Source: Chrysomallon squamiferum
Taxonomy: Eukaryota > Animalia > Mollusca
Reading direction: 5' to 3'
Assembly (NCBI GenBank): GCA_012295275.1
Contig: CM022670.1
Coordinates: 22,940,001-23,004,000, forward strand
Length of the DNA stretch: 64,000 bases
Positions within the stretch are counted from its first letter, which is position 1. Every line of letters starts with the position of its first letter. Of the stretch, positions 43,101 through 56,866 are shown piece after piece. A model generated the notes under the pieces. That model worked only from the letters and a program-made list of their open reading frames with translations, searched no databases and was not told the DNA's origin. A program made the position numbers and the translations under genes.

Positions 43101-44064
43101 GAGGTATTGTTTTTATTTTATTGTATTCCTGAATGTGAAATTGTTGTGTAAAAAAAACAAAAAAACTAGTAAACAGAAGATTTCATCAGACATAATTATA
43201 AAAAAACCATAATGTAGAAAATAAGTTAATAATAAATTTATATGTGATCATTAAAAAAAAATAATCTAAGTATATTCCACTTTCAAATTATATTTTACTT
43301 GTTGTTTGCTGAGCAATCTGAATTAGTAACAAAATTAATGAAAGAGTATGTTGTAAATGTATCTGGACACAGTTTCTAGTTGTGAATTAATTAAATACAG
43401 GATGGATTTATTTGCCCTGACGTTCATTTTAGTGTTTTTATCATTTCACCATATATGTGATGACATGACTGCAGGTGGGGAGAAGGAAATGGAGTAAAAA
43501 TGTTTTGTAACAGTATTATTTAATTATGATGCATTGTTATGAGTGGTGGTGGGTTGTTGAAAGTTTAAAATTGTTTTTATTTGACCATCTGCTCTTAAAA
43601 CTGTATAAAATAAAATCTATGGAAAACAAATGTTGATTGATTTGTTCAGATACAGACACCATACATTGAGGACTACCTGAAGAGAAAATCACAAATGCAG
43701 GCTGACAATGTGGATGCCTTAGACATGTTGTCAAATTATTACATCATGATTCAGAACTTTCCAGCTGCTGCAAAAATACTCTCAAGTTTGGCAGAAAGAG
43801 ACAAAAATGAGTTAGTTTGTTGTTGTTGTTGTTTTATTGGTAAAAACAAATATTGCTGCTGAATAATGTAATTTAAAGTTCAGGAAACTAGATCTGTTTT
43901 TAAATGTTTTAAATTTTGTTTATTCTTATTCTTAGTATTACATTCAGTGTTAACAAATCTTTTAATTTTTTTTTTATGAAAACATTTATGAACAGCTAAA
44001 GTTTAACAAAATATATGTTATGCATATTTGTTTGCGTGTGCATGTGCGTGTGTGTGCGTGTGTG

Positions 44065-44106
<42 letters not shown>

Positions 44107-47100
44107 GTGTGTGTGTCTGTCTGTCTGTCTGTCATGAAAAAAAAACAAATAATGTCAAGTCCAAGTGAAAATCATTGAGTTTTGTGAGAATTCTAGTTTG
44201 GTGTAAATCTGGTTGGGAGTGGTTTAACCATTTATGTATATGTGTGCATTACTTTTTATCATCTACAATTTGTATCATTATTAATATTTTTAGAACACTA
44301 AAGTGAGATTTAAATGCTGTTGATGCTTTTTTAGTTTGGATATTCCACTGGACAAAAGAATAGAATACTTAGCTAGAGCCATAGTGTGTGCTAGATGTCC
44401 TCCTTCTAGATTCAGCTCAGCTGTTGATGGTGAATTTCTTCATGAACTTGAAGATAAAATGGAGGTAAATAATAAATCCTATTGAAATTATCATAGTTAT
44501 AAAATAATAATTAAAAATGCAAAACACAGAGAATGATGTGAAGAATAATTTGTGATAAACATTTCTTTCAGCTAATTGATTGTGATGTTGTGTTTGCAGG
44601 TTGCTCGGTTGCAGTTGCAGGTTAGGCAAGCTCTGCTCAATTTGCCCAAAAAGTATGAGATAGAAGAAGCACTGAACAGGCTGAACTCTGAGCTTGTTGA
44701 CATTACAACAGTAAGGAATACTTTAAATAGTCAAACTTGTCACACAGAAATAGTGTTGGGAAGTTGGGATGTCTCTTCAGTTTACTTAGCTTTTCATGTT
44801 AAAATTGTATAAACAGGACTGTGGAAATTATTCAGTATTGGTGTATTCTGATTTAATTTGAGAAGTTACACTCTGTCACAAACTGCGAATTTTCTTAATT
44901 TTTCTTGAAAGGTGATTGGTAGTGTTGTTAGAGTAGCAACTATTAATATGTATTTGTATTAAGTTGATGCTATAGCAGTAAAAAACCTCAAAAACTTAGA
45001 AAGAAATAAAAACAGAAGAAAAAAAACAACACAGATACTTCATGAAGATCAAAATAAACACCTTAGCATTTCTTGTATACTGCCTTTTCATGATTGCAAT
45101 TGCATATTATTTTTCTGTTTTACAATTTTCAGCTTTATGAAGACTTTGCTGACAAGTTTGATCTGCCTGAGTATAAACTAGCTATTGTCCACTGTGCTGG
45201 ACATCATGACACTGCTCTCATTGAAAACCTGTGGAAAAACATCATAGAGAAAGGTTAAATAAGAACTGTATTGGTGTTCTCTAAACATATTGTATGATTC
45301 CTGAAAAAAATAATTCATTTGTAAATTGGTTTATGAACTGAAAAGTGTATCCTTTTCTAGCAGTGTTCTGACAGTACACATTACATCCATTCACAAACCA
45401 GTTTTGTGGCACTGGGTTACCAGCAAGTGTGTAAACATTGATGTTTATCTTCTGAATAATTTGGTCATTTGTTACCTGTCTGATTTTTGTCACTTTCTGT
45501 AAGATATTATTTTCTGTGATTGTCCGAGAATTTATGCAGTAGAATGTTTTTACATAGAGAACATTTTCTCAAAGCTGAACACTGTCAGGACCAAGTGAAA
45601 GTTTGTTTTAAAGGGTTTTCTGACATTTTACATTTCAGTACATAATAAAACACGGGAATTCAGTTTTGGTTGAATTCCAGTTTAGCAAGGTTCTGATTTT
45701 GACTGTATACGGAAATATTTTACAACTTTTACTTTCTTTCAAATTATGATTTTGTCACATTTTAACATTTTTCTAATTAATATGCTTGTTACTGATGGCT
45801 GTTTTTGTTTTTGTTTCTGTATAGAAATATCTACAGTCAGCAAGACCAGCCCTCAGGCTTTGGTTTCCACTCTCACAAGTAGGCTGGTTGAAATTGCAAA
45901 GTTGTATGCCAGCACTGAGAGATATTTTCCACTTCGTAAGTATTTTAATTACATCTTTTGTACAAGCTAAATCTTCTTATTTTTATTATTATTATTATTA
46001 TTATTGTTTTTTTTTGTTTTTTATTAAAACCTATTCTTATATATAATACATTTTGAAGAATTTTAATTGAAAGTTTGGTGGAATATGAAACCATGTGAAT
46101 CAGGAATTCAATTCAAATATTTTAAAGAAATCTTAATAAACTGTGCAGAAACTGTTTACAGTATTTTTTTGTTTAGATTAGATCAAGAAAAGTTAACACA
46201 TTAGCACATACAGGAATTGTTATTATTTTTATAAAGTGTAAATCCTGATGGTTTTTTTTATTAAAGCCTTTATTGTCAAGTATTTGGAACAGAGGAGTTG
46301 TGAATTGAATCTTGATCCAAACTGGGTTTTCCAAGCACTTCTAAAAATTGGAGTTAATCCAGAAAAACTGCTGGAAATATATGACAGAATGTCAAAGGTA
46401 GGCAACTTTTCATTTTACTTGTATATCGTAATTGCATTACTGTTATTGTTGTAATTTTGACATGAAATTTCTTATGATACAAAGAAAGAAAAAAAATCAT
46501 CAGTTAAAAGAATCTTAGATTTAGCCCAGAACATAATTATGAACATGGCATAGAAGATTTGGGACCAAGATACATTAATAAGTCACAAAGCAGTGGAAGT
46601 CAGCACAGAAATGTTGCTTTTGCCAGATAATTATTTCAAGACTTCTAATAAAAGAGAATTAAAAAAAATTGGTGTCTAAAGCTAACCCAGTACAGATATA
46701 AATATGTAATATGAATAAAGTGAAATTTTCCTATTAGTAAATCAGACTTTCTGGTTAATGTCTTTGTATCTTTTGTTCAGGACATGAACTGGCAGCCTTC
46801 ACCAAAACCAATTCACCTGCTGACTGTGCTGCACGGCTTCATCGCTCACTTCACTGACAACCCAAAACTCATTAGTGATAGGTAAGATTTTCTATTAGCT
46901 GTACTTAGCTTTGATACATATTGTATTTTTCCTCATATAGTTAGCAATCTTTACTAATAATAAATATCTCCTTAAAATAAAGAAAATGAGTAGTTGTCTT
47001 AAATGTATTATTATATTATTGCATAATTTGTAGTGAATAATCTAATTATCTTTCCTGATAATGAAATTGTACAATAAAACAAATTTTGTAGAATTAAAGA

Positions 47101-47400
47101 TTCTGACATGCATCTTTTATCATGACTTTGTATCATGAAAATGAGAAAAAAGAACACAATTTAGCAACGAAGCAGTTTTAAAAAAAAAATTATTGTATTT
47201 ACTGATTAAAGAAAGAATTATTATTTTTATTATTATTAAATTTTATAGCAGAAATCTGAAATAACTGGAATATAATGATTTAAAAAAGAAAATTATCAGT
47301 CTATTTAAAAATCCCTTTTCATTTCGTAATTTGCTGTTATTTCATAAATGTATGTATATTTTTATAGATATTTATTATTTTCCTGTTTTGGCTAACTTTG

Positions 47401-47435
<35 letters not shown>

Positions 47436-47630
47436 TTGTATTTTTTATATATCTTTTTTGTGTTTGTTTTTTTAAGGAGAAGATTTGCTGTAAGATGTCT
47501 GGAAGCTGTATCAGGTTACCTGGTGGAACTGCAAGCAATGGACAGTTCTGACTACCAAGTTAAAAACTTATTGCACAACTTCAGACAGCTCCAGGCAAAG
47601 TTAGAAAGAATGGGACAAGTCAGTTATTAA
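29587..47630 (+). CDS. NUP155: Nuclear pore complex protein Nup155 (Nup155/Nup170 family), 35 coding exons, about 1389 aa after correcting one frameshift
   Basis: Exons: 29587-29731, 29965-30102, 30344-30440, 30810-30880, 31192-31284, 31618-31778, 32436-32535, 33131-33204, 33754-33845, 34137-34234, 34809-34964, 35278-35378, 35502-35666, 35795-35905, 36173-36353, 37176-37277, 37617-37780, 38181-38247, 38813-38925, 39225-39298, 39723-39856, 40087-40146, 40642-40773, 41049-41126, 41679-41875, 42333-42474, 42999-43103, 43650-43810, 44335-44464, 44600-44710, 45133-45253, 45825-45935, 46267-46397, 46781-46881, 47477-47630. Motifs recognised from vertebrate NUP155: [116 protein letters not shown]...LQAKLER. 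All junction phases are consistent apart from +1 nt inside exon 17. Confidence 0.97.
30103..30343 (+). other. U12-type (minor spliceosome) GT-AG intron of Nup155
   Basis: 5' splice site GTATCCTT at 30103-30110. Branch-point CCTTAAC at 30327-30333, about 10 nt upstream of the AG (30342-30343), with no polypyrimidine tract. Splicing restores [12 protein letters not shown] in frame. Confidence 0.9.
36354..37175 (+). other. Probable GC-AG intron (Nup155 intron 15)
   Basis: Donor CAG|GCAAGT at 36353/36354 is otherwise a perfect consensus, and its phase 1 matches the acceptor at 37175/37176. Weaker phase-1 GT donors exist upstream, e.g. CAG|GTGGAG at 36305/36306. Confidence 0.7.
36705..37078 (-). 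repeat. Inverted, diverged copy of the Nup155 exon17(3' part)-intron17-exon18(5' part) segment (partner 37704-38218), located in intron 15
   Basis: The reverse complement reads TTCCAGGTTACATTCATGAAGTGATCTTCTTTGGAAAACATAATGGAATTTGTATATACCTGAGTCGAATTTTGAGGT...TGTTTCAGTCCATTCTGGTATTACAATGTTTG, matching 37704 onward. ORF-track entries 36608..36790(-) and 38133..38372(+) are near-identical at their N-termini. CA-rich repeat flanks both sides. Confidence 0.93.
37841..37913 (+). repeat. Direct copy of the Nup155 exon-12 end and intron-12 donor (source 35360-35420), inserted in intron 17
   Basis: TAAACTTATGGAGACACAGGTACTGTAAT...TTATTACCTGTTTTGTTAAATATATTTTTG is present at both sites. The copy has about 12 extra nt. 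This segment is absent from the inverted copy of intron 17. Confidence 0.9.
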
Positions 47631-49229
47631 CCAAATGAATATACACACTGTGCCATCATCCCATGTAGAAATCATTCCTACACAGGATTTAATAACCGAG
47701 CATTTCTACTTAAGAAAGCGTAATTAAATGACTGCACTACATTTCATTAACTGAAAGAATTTAAGATCTTTGTATTTTTGAGAATTAAGTATTTACTAAG
47801 AGGAAAAATAAATAAATAAAGATGAAGAAAATAACAGAAAAGATTATATATATATATATATATATATATAAAATCACACTGATATATGCATCCATTAATT
47901 TCTGTTTGAAAAAAAAGAAGATTATTAAGCCACATAGAAGAATGAAAAGTGAATAAAACATTGTGTTCTTCTAAGCATGTTGGCTTGTAAGATGCATTAA
48001 CAGAAAACGTCTGCCTTTAACTGTGTCAGGTGTTAGGACTACCTGTGACTTTTTTCTTTGAAAATGAAGTACATCAAAATAATAAACTTTTATACTGTCT
48101 CCATGTTTAAAAGTATTGACTTTTATTTTTTTTGTACATTTATATCATGTAATTTAAATTTTAACTGGAATAAATGTACAGACATTGTCATTTTTATTTT
48201 TTTTTTATTTTTAAATATTTTCCTTAATTATTCCTTTCATGACTGAGAGTTTTGTGAAGGTATACTGATATGGGAAAAAAAATATATGATAGTAATAATA
48301 AAAAGAGATATTATTTGAAAATATTTTAATAAATAACTTTTGTGAAGACATGCAATATATTTTTGACTTCTTTTATTTATTAAAAAGCATGAATTATAGA
48401 CATATATTAAATTTTAACAGTTGAAATGTACCTGCTGTGGTACAAGTAAAAGGTCTTTAACTTCCAGCTTGGGGGATCATTAGTAACAAAGTGGAATAGT
48501 ACTATCACACAGTATCTGAACAGACAGATTACTTTGTTCTTATGTAGACAAGCAAGTAAAATAAATAAATAAATAAATAAAATTAATAAATAATAATGGT
48601 GGCATCCAGATATTTTAAAAGCTTTTCTGTTTTTTCAGCTTCATTATTAATTAAAAATAGACTGGAATAAATAAATAAATATTAAATACTACTTGAAAGT
48701 TTGAAGAAAATAAATTTCTTTGTATTATTAATGAAATATCTTAAATGAGAGACATTTATTACTTGCAGTTAGAATGCTGAAGATCCATTCGCGAATGTTA
48801 TTTATTATATAAAAAAATTCCACAAAAACACAATTTCTCAAAATTAAACAGATACATTTTTCATATTACAGTAACTGACAACTTTCTTTTGCAGAATAAT
48901 TTCAGATTGACATTTTTATTGCGCTTAACAATTAAAAATTTACAAATACATGTGTTTCATTCTTATACAAAATATTGTATTAATGTTCACGACACAAGTT
49001 ACATAAAATCAACAATGTTGTAATGTCTTAAAAAATTTAAACTGGTCGCACAATCTATCTAAGAAGGACGAGTAAAAGTTAAAGAAAACTTAAAAAGAAA
49101 AAATAATGATAACTATATCACCTCCACCTCACAAAGAGTTTTTTGTAAACTATTTTCCTTTTATTTTGATATAATTTAAAATTTCATCTTTATTATTTTT
49201 TTTTGTTTGTTTGTTGGTTATAAATATTA

Positions 49230-49525
49230 TTAAGGCTTTCCCTGTCGTGATCTCGACCTAGATAAGCGGTCAGACTTTGTTGCACTGTGCACTGTTTTCT
49301 TGTTCCGTTCTTTGACTGGCTTGTTGTTGTCTTTCTCCGGGTTTTTAGGCGTTTTGCTGCTTCGACCTCGCCTGCTCGTTGGTCTGCTGTCCTCTTCGTC
49401 ATCTTTTATTACCAGCCGAGCTGCAACATACACAGGCCGAAACATTCACTGTTTTAATATATGAATTTATTGTTATTTATCAGTGAAAAGGCTAATAACT
49501 ATGACATTCAATGAACAATTAATGA

Positions 49526-49559
<34 letters not shown>

Positions 49560-50478
49560 GATTTTAGATATCTAAATTTTATTTTGGTCTTATGTAAAAC
49601 CTACCAACGACAGTAACTTGAAATTATGACCAATAACGGACACTATTCATGTCATTAATCCTGTCAGTATGTGATTTTTGAAATACGTCGTGCTAACAGC
49701 AAAATATAACGACGAAAAAGTAAAACACAGTAACGTATCTTCCACCAGTTTTACATTACATCCAGTTTTAATTGGTATAGTTATATCTAAGTTCAGTTGT
49801 ATATCTGTTCTTACCTAAAAACTCCTCTGTTATAGCGTCCTGATCACTTAACAGTGGCGTATAGCGTTGATCTGTGTTTTCGGATTCTGTAACAAGAATT
49901 AATTTTTAATTTTAATTTTTAATTTTTTTTAATTTTTTTAAATGCAAACTAAATTTGAATGTCAGTTCGATTTGCAAATATAATATTTTATAAACATTTG
50001 TGAAAGAGAAACAAATTTTGTTTCAAAAAGATTTTTTTATTAAAACATATTATTATATCATCAGGTTTAATAATAATATATATATATATTTATTTTTTTT
50101 TAAATCACGAATATATAAAATATACATTTTAATCTTCATTATCATTCATAGTTATCATCTGGCCTGTTGCAGAGAATAATTAGAACTTAATTTATACATA
50201 CATTTTTTTTTTTAAACTGCACATGAGCAAATGGTTAGAGAATCAAAATCACTTACGATCGACTTTGAGTAGGATTAACATTTCTCTCTCTCCGAGAAGA
50301 TCAGAGGCGTAGCTGTTCAGAGCATCTCGCAGAAACTTGATGTTACCGTTCTCATCCGACAGTTCAATTTCATCTGAGAAAGAGAACAAATAATACACAT
50401 GATTTATTCTTATTTATTTATTTATTTATTTATTATTGTTATTATTATTATTATTAATTATTGTTATTATTGTTATTA

Positions 50479-50533
<55 letters not shown>

Positions 50534-53163
50534 GATTATTATTATTATTATTATTGTCAATGATCCATATTTCAGAAATACGACAACCATTACTCATTTA
50601 GATATTTTCAAAATAGTTTTACTAATGAAAAGAATCTAGTTTTGTAAATACAATACATGAATAGGTAGATAACTAAGAAACTAACTAACCAACAAAATAA
50701 ATAAAATAAATAAATAAAAAATAAATAAATAAACGAAATAAATAAAAAGGATCGACACAAATATGCGGAAATTAAAATGGAAGTAATATGAAAGACTGAA
50801 GAACTCACCTTCACATTGCAAACAGCGATCTCTGACGCATTTTAAAAAATTAATAATTCGACAGTTAGGGTTGAATACCTCCTGTTTGCCCTCTGCAATT
50901 TAAAAAAGTAGAATATTATATTATATTATATTATATTATATTATATTATATTATATTATATTATATTATATTATATTATATTATATACAGGGTGGTCCAA
51001 AAGTAGGTGGACAGTATGTGAGTTAGGATTAGGGTTATATTATTACAATGGTGTTCATTATAACTATGGTATTTGTGCTACATTATTTAAAATTTTATAA
51101 CTACAATTATTTAAATTTAATCTGTTTTCTTTTCAGATAATACAGAGAACCCATAACTGTATATGTTATCATATACTGTCCACCTACTTTTGGACCACCC
51201 TATATATTCACGTACATGTTGCTAATCAGATGTGTTCGCTAATAACATGACAATAAAACGAATAAATATAAAAAATTTAAAGGCACCTTAACACATATTA
51301 ATATCAAAGACATGATTAAAATGTAAAAACATTCTTGTATAATTATCCATTTTTTTTATTAGATTATCATTACTTAAAAAATATATATATATTTTTTTTA
51401 AGTAATGATAATCTAATAAGAATGTGTTTGATGGTATTTGAAAATAAAAATAATAATCGTAAAATCTTGAATCTTCGAGAAGGTCGCATTACGTAAGTGA
51501 CTGTGTTGCATATAATCTTTACATCGCGGTCGCATATCAACACACACCAGTTTCAAACATTTCAGATACACGCGAGAAAAAAAAGAAAAAAAAAAGAAGA
51601 TTTTCCGCCGAGCGCTTATCAACCTCCTTGAAATCCCAAGGGGTTCATATCGACAATTTGGGCGAGGCTCTGTTTTAAAGAGGTCATATTTCAACTATTA
51701 AATTATTTTTAAAAAAATTCTACGTTCTAAACAACAGAAAGTTAATCATAATTCATTTCATCTTGCAGCCTTCTGAAAGAATAAGTCACAGCTCAGTTGA
51801 CACGTTCAATGCTATTCACATTAATACTAAGTTCATTAGTTTAAGCTGTTCTTACAAGATAGTGCAGACATTTGAATGAACGGGAAGTATTATTTAGCTT
51901 AAGTCGCTTTTCAAACTTACAGGATTAAGGTTTAATCGTATTCGATATGTAATGGGGTTTAGCGACGAACAAAGAATCTTACTTAGCTCTAAAATGTGAA
52001 CTTAGCAGTCTGTAACTAATTTTACATTTAGATAAGTGAAATTATATCGATTTAAATTATGTTTTAAAAAAAAATGGAATTTATATTGATATAAATTATG
52101 TTTTTGATCATTTACCGACGTCTGCTTTCACTTTTATCCCTGCAAGTATTTAATTTAATCTCTGAATTTTGATAATCATGTCACTAGGAATTTATACTAA
52201 ATCGATTAGAATTTGTTTTAATTTTGAAAAAGCTTATCAAGTTCAGTTAAAACAAAAAACCATATACATAAATACACAATAAACATGTAAAACACACACA
52301 AACATACTGCACTTTTCTAAATATATCCGTTTATTTTAATTTTAAAGCTTCCGATGGAATAAAACACATTACTGACAGAAAAAAAAAACAAAAAACCAAA
52401 AAAAATAAAAAAACAGAAGAAAAGAACCAACCATTTTTTTTCTTTTGTAAAATAAATAAATACGACAAACCCAAACACTTTTTCTGTTACAGTACAGCTA
52501 TGTCAATGTTTTCAACACAAGCTACAAATCAATATAATCCATTTTGTCAACACTAAACAGCATAATAGTTATATAAATATAGCGTATATTTACCACACGT
52601 GTTTTGTATATGACAACAGTGTCATATTGAAATTATGTAATATATTCATTATGTGTATATATGTGTCTTTGTATCTGTGCGTCTGTGCGTACGAGTGTGT
52701 GATGTCATTTCCTTTTCTACATTTGTTTTTCTTTATGCTTGAAAAGTGTTTCCTTAAGATTTATATTTCAGAATGGTTATCGAATTCATAAATGGATATA
52801 TACACATAAAATTTAACTTAAAAATATATATGTATATGAAAGATAACAATAATAGTTGCAGCAGTAGTAGTAGTCGTAGGGGTAATAGTAACAACAGTAG
52901 TAGTAACAGTAGTAAAATCCGGAATAAAATACATGTAAAGCCACACACAAGATAAAATATAAATATAATTATACCTAATTATTTTCAGAGACTGCACTAA
53001 ATGATGAAATTCAATAATAAGCCAAAAACACTTCATACATATGTATATGTATTACATTTCACAATTTTTGCTTGTGCTATAGTCTCAAGAAATATAATAA
53101 TTAATTTCAAATAATAATAATAACAGTAAAGAAAATACCTCCGTATCTAACAGTGACGAACAT
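49230..53163 (-). CDS. CXorf65/C22orf15-family protein (uncharacterised; conserved N-terminal domain + basic low-complexity tail), 162 aa (170 aa with microexon)
   Basis: Exons on the minus strand: 53163-53139 (MFVTVRYG), optional 52139-52116 (GIKVKADV), 50892-50809 (EGKQEVFNPNCRIINFLKCVRDRCLQCE), 50373-50257 (DEIELSDENGNIKFLRDALNSYASDLLGEREMLILLKVD), 49886-49815 (QRYTPLL), 49420-49230. All introns are phase 1 GT-AG. The pattern MF-x-x-v-x-yG...N-x-NC-x4-L...I-x-L-x-D-E-x-G...YAS-x-x-L...PLL plus a K/R-rich tail resembles human CXorf65/C22orf15 as I recall them. Confidence 0.8.
50988..51202. mobile_element. Non-autonomous Tc1/mariner-type MITE (215 bp)
   Basis: Terminal inverted repeats of about 30 bp (CAGGGTGGTCCAAAAGTAGGTGGACAGTAT ... 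ATACTGTCCACCTACTTTTGGACCACCCTA, terminal base mismatched). TA dinucleotides flank both ends, there is no ORF, and it sits in an intron next to a (TTATA)n array. Confidence 0.85.
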
Positions 53164-53897
53164 TCTAGCGAACAGTTTTCCACTCAACACAGGACGATTA
53201 ACACATGGTTTCGTTTTTTTTTTTGGTTTTCTTTTTCACTCTGAATCGTTCACTTTAACAATCTCATTCTCTCTATCCTGTGGTAACAAATCAAGAGCTG
53301 GTCTGGCTTTTAATGTGGCGAACCCCAAATGTTTAATGGTGTTTCCTTTCTCACGTTGTAAAAATGTGCACGGAGCTGTATATATCTTTTTTTTTTTGTA
53401 GCCTCTGTTATTTACCCTTTCATAATCGCCCACTGACTGCTGAATAGAAATAATTTTTTGCTTTTTTTTTTTGTTGTCGTTATTAAGCCGCTTATATAGC
53501 TACCTCGTGATCCGATAGCATAACACGAGGATTAACATCTGCGATAAAAGCGACACTTTTCTTTTTAGTGCATCCACGTGAATTTGACATCAAAAAGATT
53601 TAAACAATTTATTTATTTATATATATATTTTTTTTATTTATTCATATATATATATATTTATATTATCGTTATTAGGTTTTTGCACAACTTTATTTAATTT
53701 TAAATAAATAAAGTTTTTTTTTTTAATTTTTAAGATGATTGGTGTTTCAAACAAGTTTAGTTTAATTGTTGTAATATATCGATGTTTTTAACATTTATAT
53801 ACACCAGTCACTGATAACCACAATGAAAACGATATTAATAGTATTAGTAGTAGAAACAGTAGTAGTAGTAGCAGCAGTAAGTAATAGTAGCAGTAGC

Positions 53898-53951
<54 letters not shown>

Positions 53952-54952
53952 CACCAACCACATCAATACAACAACAACTTTAACTACTACTACTACTACT
54001 TCTTCTGTTGCTACTACTACTGCTAATAATACAATCTGATTTCTGATTCTATGTCAGGAAAAAACCTAAGTATTATCTCTCAAAATAAACGAGAAAAATA
54101 ATATATTTATTTCTTCTTTTTCATCCTTCTTATATCTAATTTTTATTTTAGTCTCGGCATTTCCCGTTGAACTATGTCAACAGTATGCTTTGATCTAGTA
54201 AATACACATATTAAATATTAAAACAGGTCAAGTACCCGTTACCGGTATTGCTTAAGGACATAAAGTTTTCAACAGCCAGAGACTATGCGATTTCATTCAT
54301 TTCATTTCATTTTCTTTCTTACGTTCTTTCTCTTCTTCTGTTTACTCGGAAATAAGTGAAAATATAATTATAATAATTGGTAACTTGCACTTACTGAAGA
54401 AAATGATAGTTTAAAAAATTAGAAACATTTAATAATGATTTTAATTTAATTTTTTTGTTTTGTTTTAAATGTAATATATATATAAAAATAATAATTTATT
54501 TATTTTGCATTTTGCTTTTGTTGTGTTTTCTTGCTGTGTTTTCAACACTGCCATAGCATCGTTTTAGTGTCATGGTTCAGTGAAACAATAATTACAGTGC
54601 ACCTCAACCAGAATAATGTTAATTCATTATCCATTTAGTAGCATCAAGGAATATTTTCTATGAACCTTCTCAGAGAAAGAAAAGATTATATTTAATAAAC
54701 TAGTCGTGGTGTCGTTGAGGAGAATGGATCCGGCAACACATCACATACCAGGCTTGCGCCCAATAAAAGCGTTTTTAAATATTTTGTCTCATAAGGTCAT
54801 TATACAAAATAAAAGAAAGAAAGAAAGAAAGAAAAAAAAAATGGAAGAAAGAAAAAGAAAATGGAGAGAAAGAAAAAGAAATAAATGTCTACCAAGTTGT
54901 TATCAAAAATTCATGTATTCATTCTGATTTCTGGAATGATCATTAAAATAAA

Positions 54953-55071
<119 letters not shown>

Positions 55072-55196
55072 CTTGCGGCTTCATCAAATTTATGTTTTGT
55101 GTTAATTCTGATTTCAGCCTTGAGCTTGATCAGAGACAACTATGATTTTATCACTTTGTGAATCATAACAAAAATCATGACCTTCCATAACTTTAT

Positions 55197-55253
<57 letters not shown>

Positions 55254-55958
55254 TTCTCTTTCTGGAGAGGGTTTAAAAGTTTAATTTAAGACATAATTGT
55301 ATTGCAATATTTCCTACAAGTCTAATGCTTAATATTTAATATAAGAATACAATCTTTCCATGGTTCGAACAGTTGGTCAACACAAATGTAACATGTAGGG
55401 AGGATTTCACCAATCTGATGTAAAATATTTCAGTTTACTGATTAAAATATTATCAGATAGGTAACGGGAACTGTATTTTACGTTTATTTAAAATTCAAAG
55501 AAAATGATAAGAGAATATTTTAGATTATGTTGGTGAGATAATTACAGCATGATACTTAAATAAAATGACAGCAAATTTTCTGGAATTCCAGCTAATCACG
55601 TGTCACACTTACCGATGTACAAGCTGTAGAGATAGTCATACAAATAAAAATACAACCAGTCAAAAGTTTAGTTCGCTAACCTTTCTCATCAAGTGTATGA
55701 CTGCACAACCATTATTTTCTTTTGGACAATAATCGCAACAGTTATTATTATTGTTGTTGTTGTTGTTGTCTGTTTGAAATTAAAATATGTGGTCTTTTGT
55801 TATATATTTTCACTGCTCTCAAGCAAAAAGAAGAAGAGAAAGAAAGTAAGAAAGAAAATTAAATATACTCTTTTCTGTCATCAAAAACAATTATCATAAT
55901 GAATAATATAATAAGATCAATAAACAAGACCTGTCTAGAGAAAGAACAATAAAGTTAT

Positions 55959-56004
<46 letters not shown>

Positions 56005-56569
56005 CAACAACCCAAAAATAAAAAAAACAACGAACTATCAAAACAAGAAAAATAAGAACAACTTTATGCGAAAAAGTTAATAAAGTATTTTAATAAATTA
56101 TTTTAACTGTTCTGTGGAACATTTCGTCGTTCACAGTTTCGTGTAATCTCTGACTGGACATATTAAACACGTTTTTCCTCACCTTACTGCGTGTTAAAGA
56201 AACATCCACACAAAATTTTCTGGTTGATTTCACTGCGGCAATTTTCCACAAATTATTGCCCCAAAAAATATTCTGAAGACAACTGTTACCTGTCTCCGAG
56301 CAAATGTTTAAAAAAAACCCGATGTATCTGATAAAAAAACACATATCGAAGATCCAAAATTCAGACTATATTTAGTCTGTCTTTAAGCATATCCTTAGGC
56401 TTGTATTTAACTGTTATTTATTTAGAAATTTAATTACCCTATACGGTTATATATAATAATTTGTCTGCGATAGAACGAGATTTTTTATAAAAAAATAGGA
56501 ACCAAGCAGCAAATGAAGGTATGTTTTAAAATATTATTGCTCTTTGATAAAATGTCACTGATATATATA

Positions 56570-56602
<33 letters not shown>

Positions 56603-56753
56603 TTATATTGTTCAAAGTGTACATGTGACCTCAATAGATTTTGTATAATTTCAGCTTTTTGGTTTATGTATTTTTTATATATATATATTTTTTTTTGGTA
56701 ATAACAATAAATCAACAAACATTTGAGGATGACATTTACCATGAATTATTTCG

Positions 56754-56761
56754 TGACGTCA
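56754..56761. promoter_or_regulatory. Palindromic CRE (TGACGTCA) between the divergent CXorf65-like and lectin genes
   Basis: Exact CREB/ATF consensus about 480 bp upstream of the lectin ATG exon. A single 8-mer can occur by chance. Confidence 0.3.
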
Positions 56762-56826
56762 TGTCGTATGAAATCACAAAATGATAAAAATAAAATTAGA
56801 TCTTTATTCTTTAATATACTGAGTAC

Positions 56827-56866
<40 letters not shown>

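Noticed and set aside
43450-43540. GTGATGA box-C-like motif in Nup155 intron 27
   Set aside because: No downstream box D or terminal stem.
51413-51694. 93-aa minus-strand ORF in a CpG-richer intronic patch
   Set aside because: It is phase-incompatible with the flanking CXorf65-like exons (stop in phase 1), contains a poly-T stretch and has no recognisable domain.
53236-53238. In-frame TGA read as selenocysteine
   Set aside because: There is no Cys/Sec-type redox motif and no SECIS that I could identify, and the family-conserved sequence starts at the downstream Met (53163). Kept only as a uORF observation.
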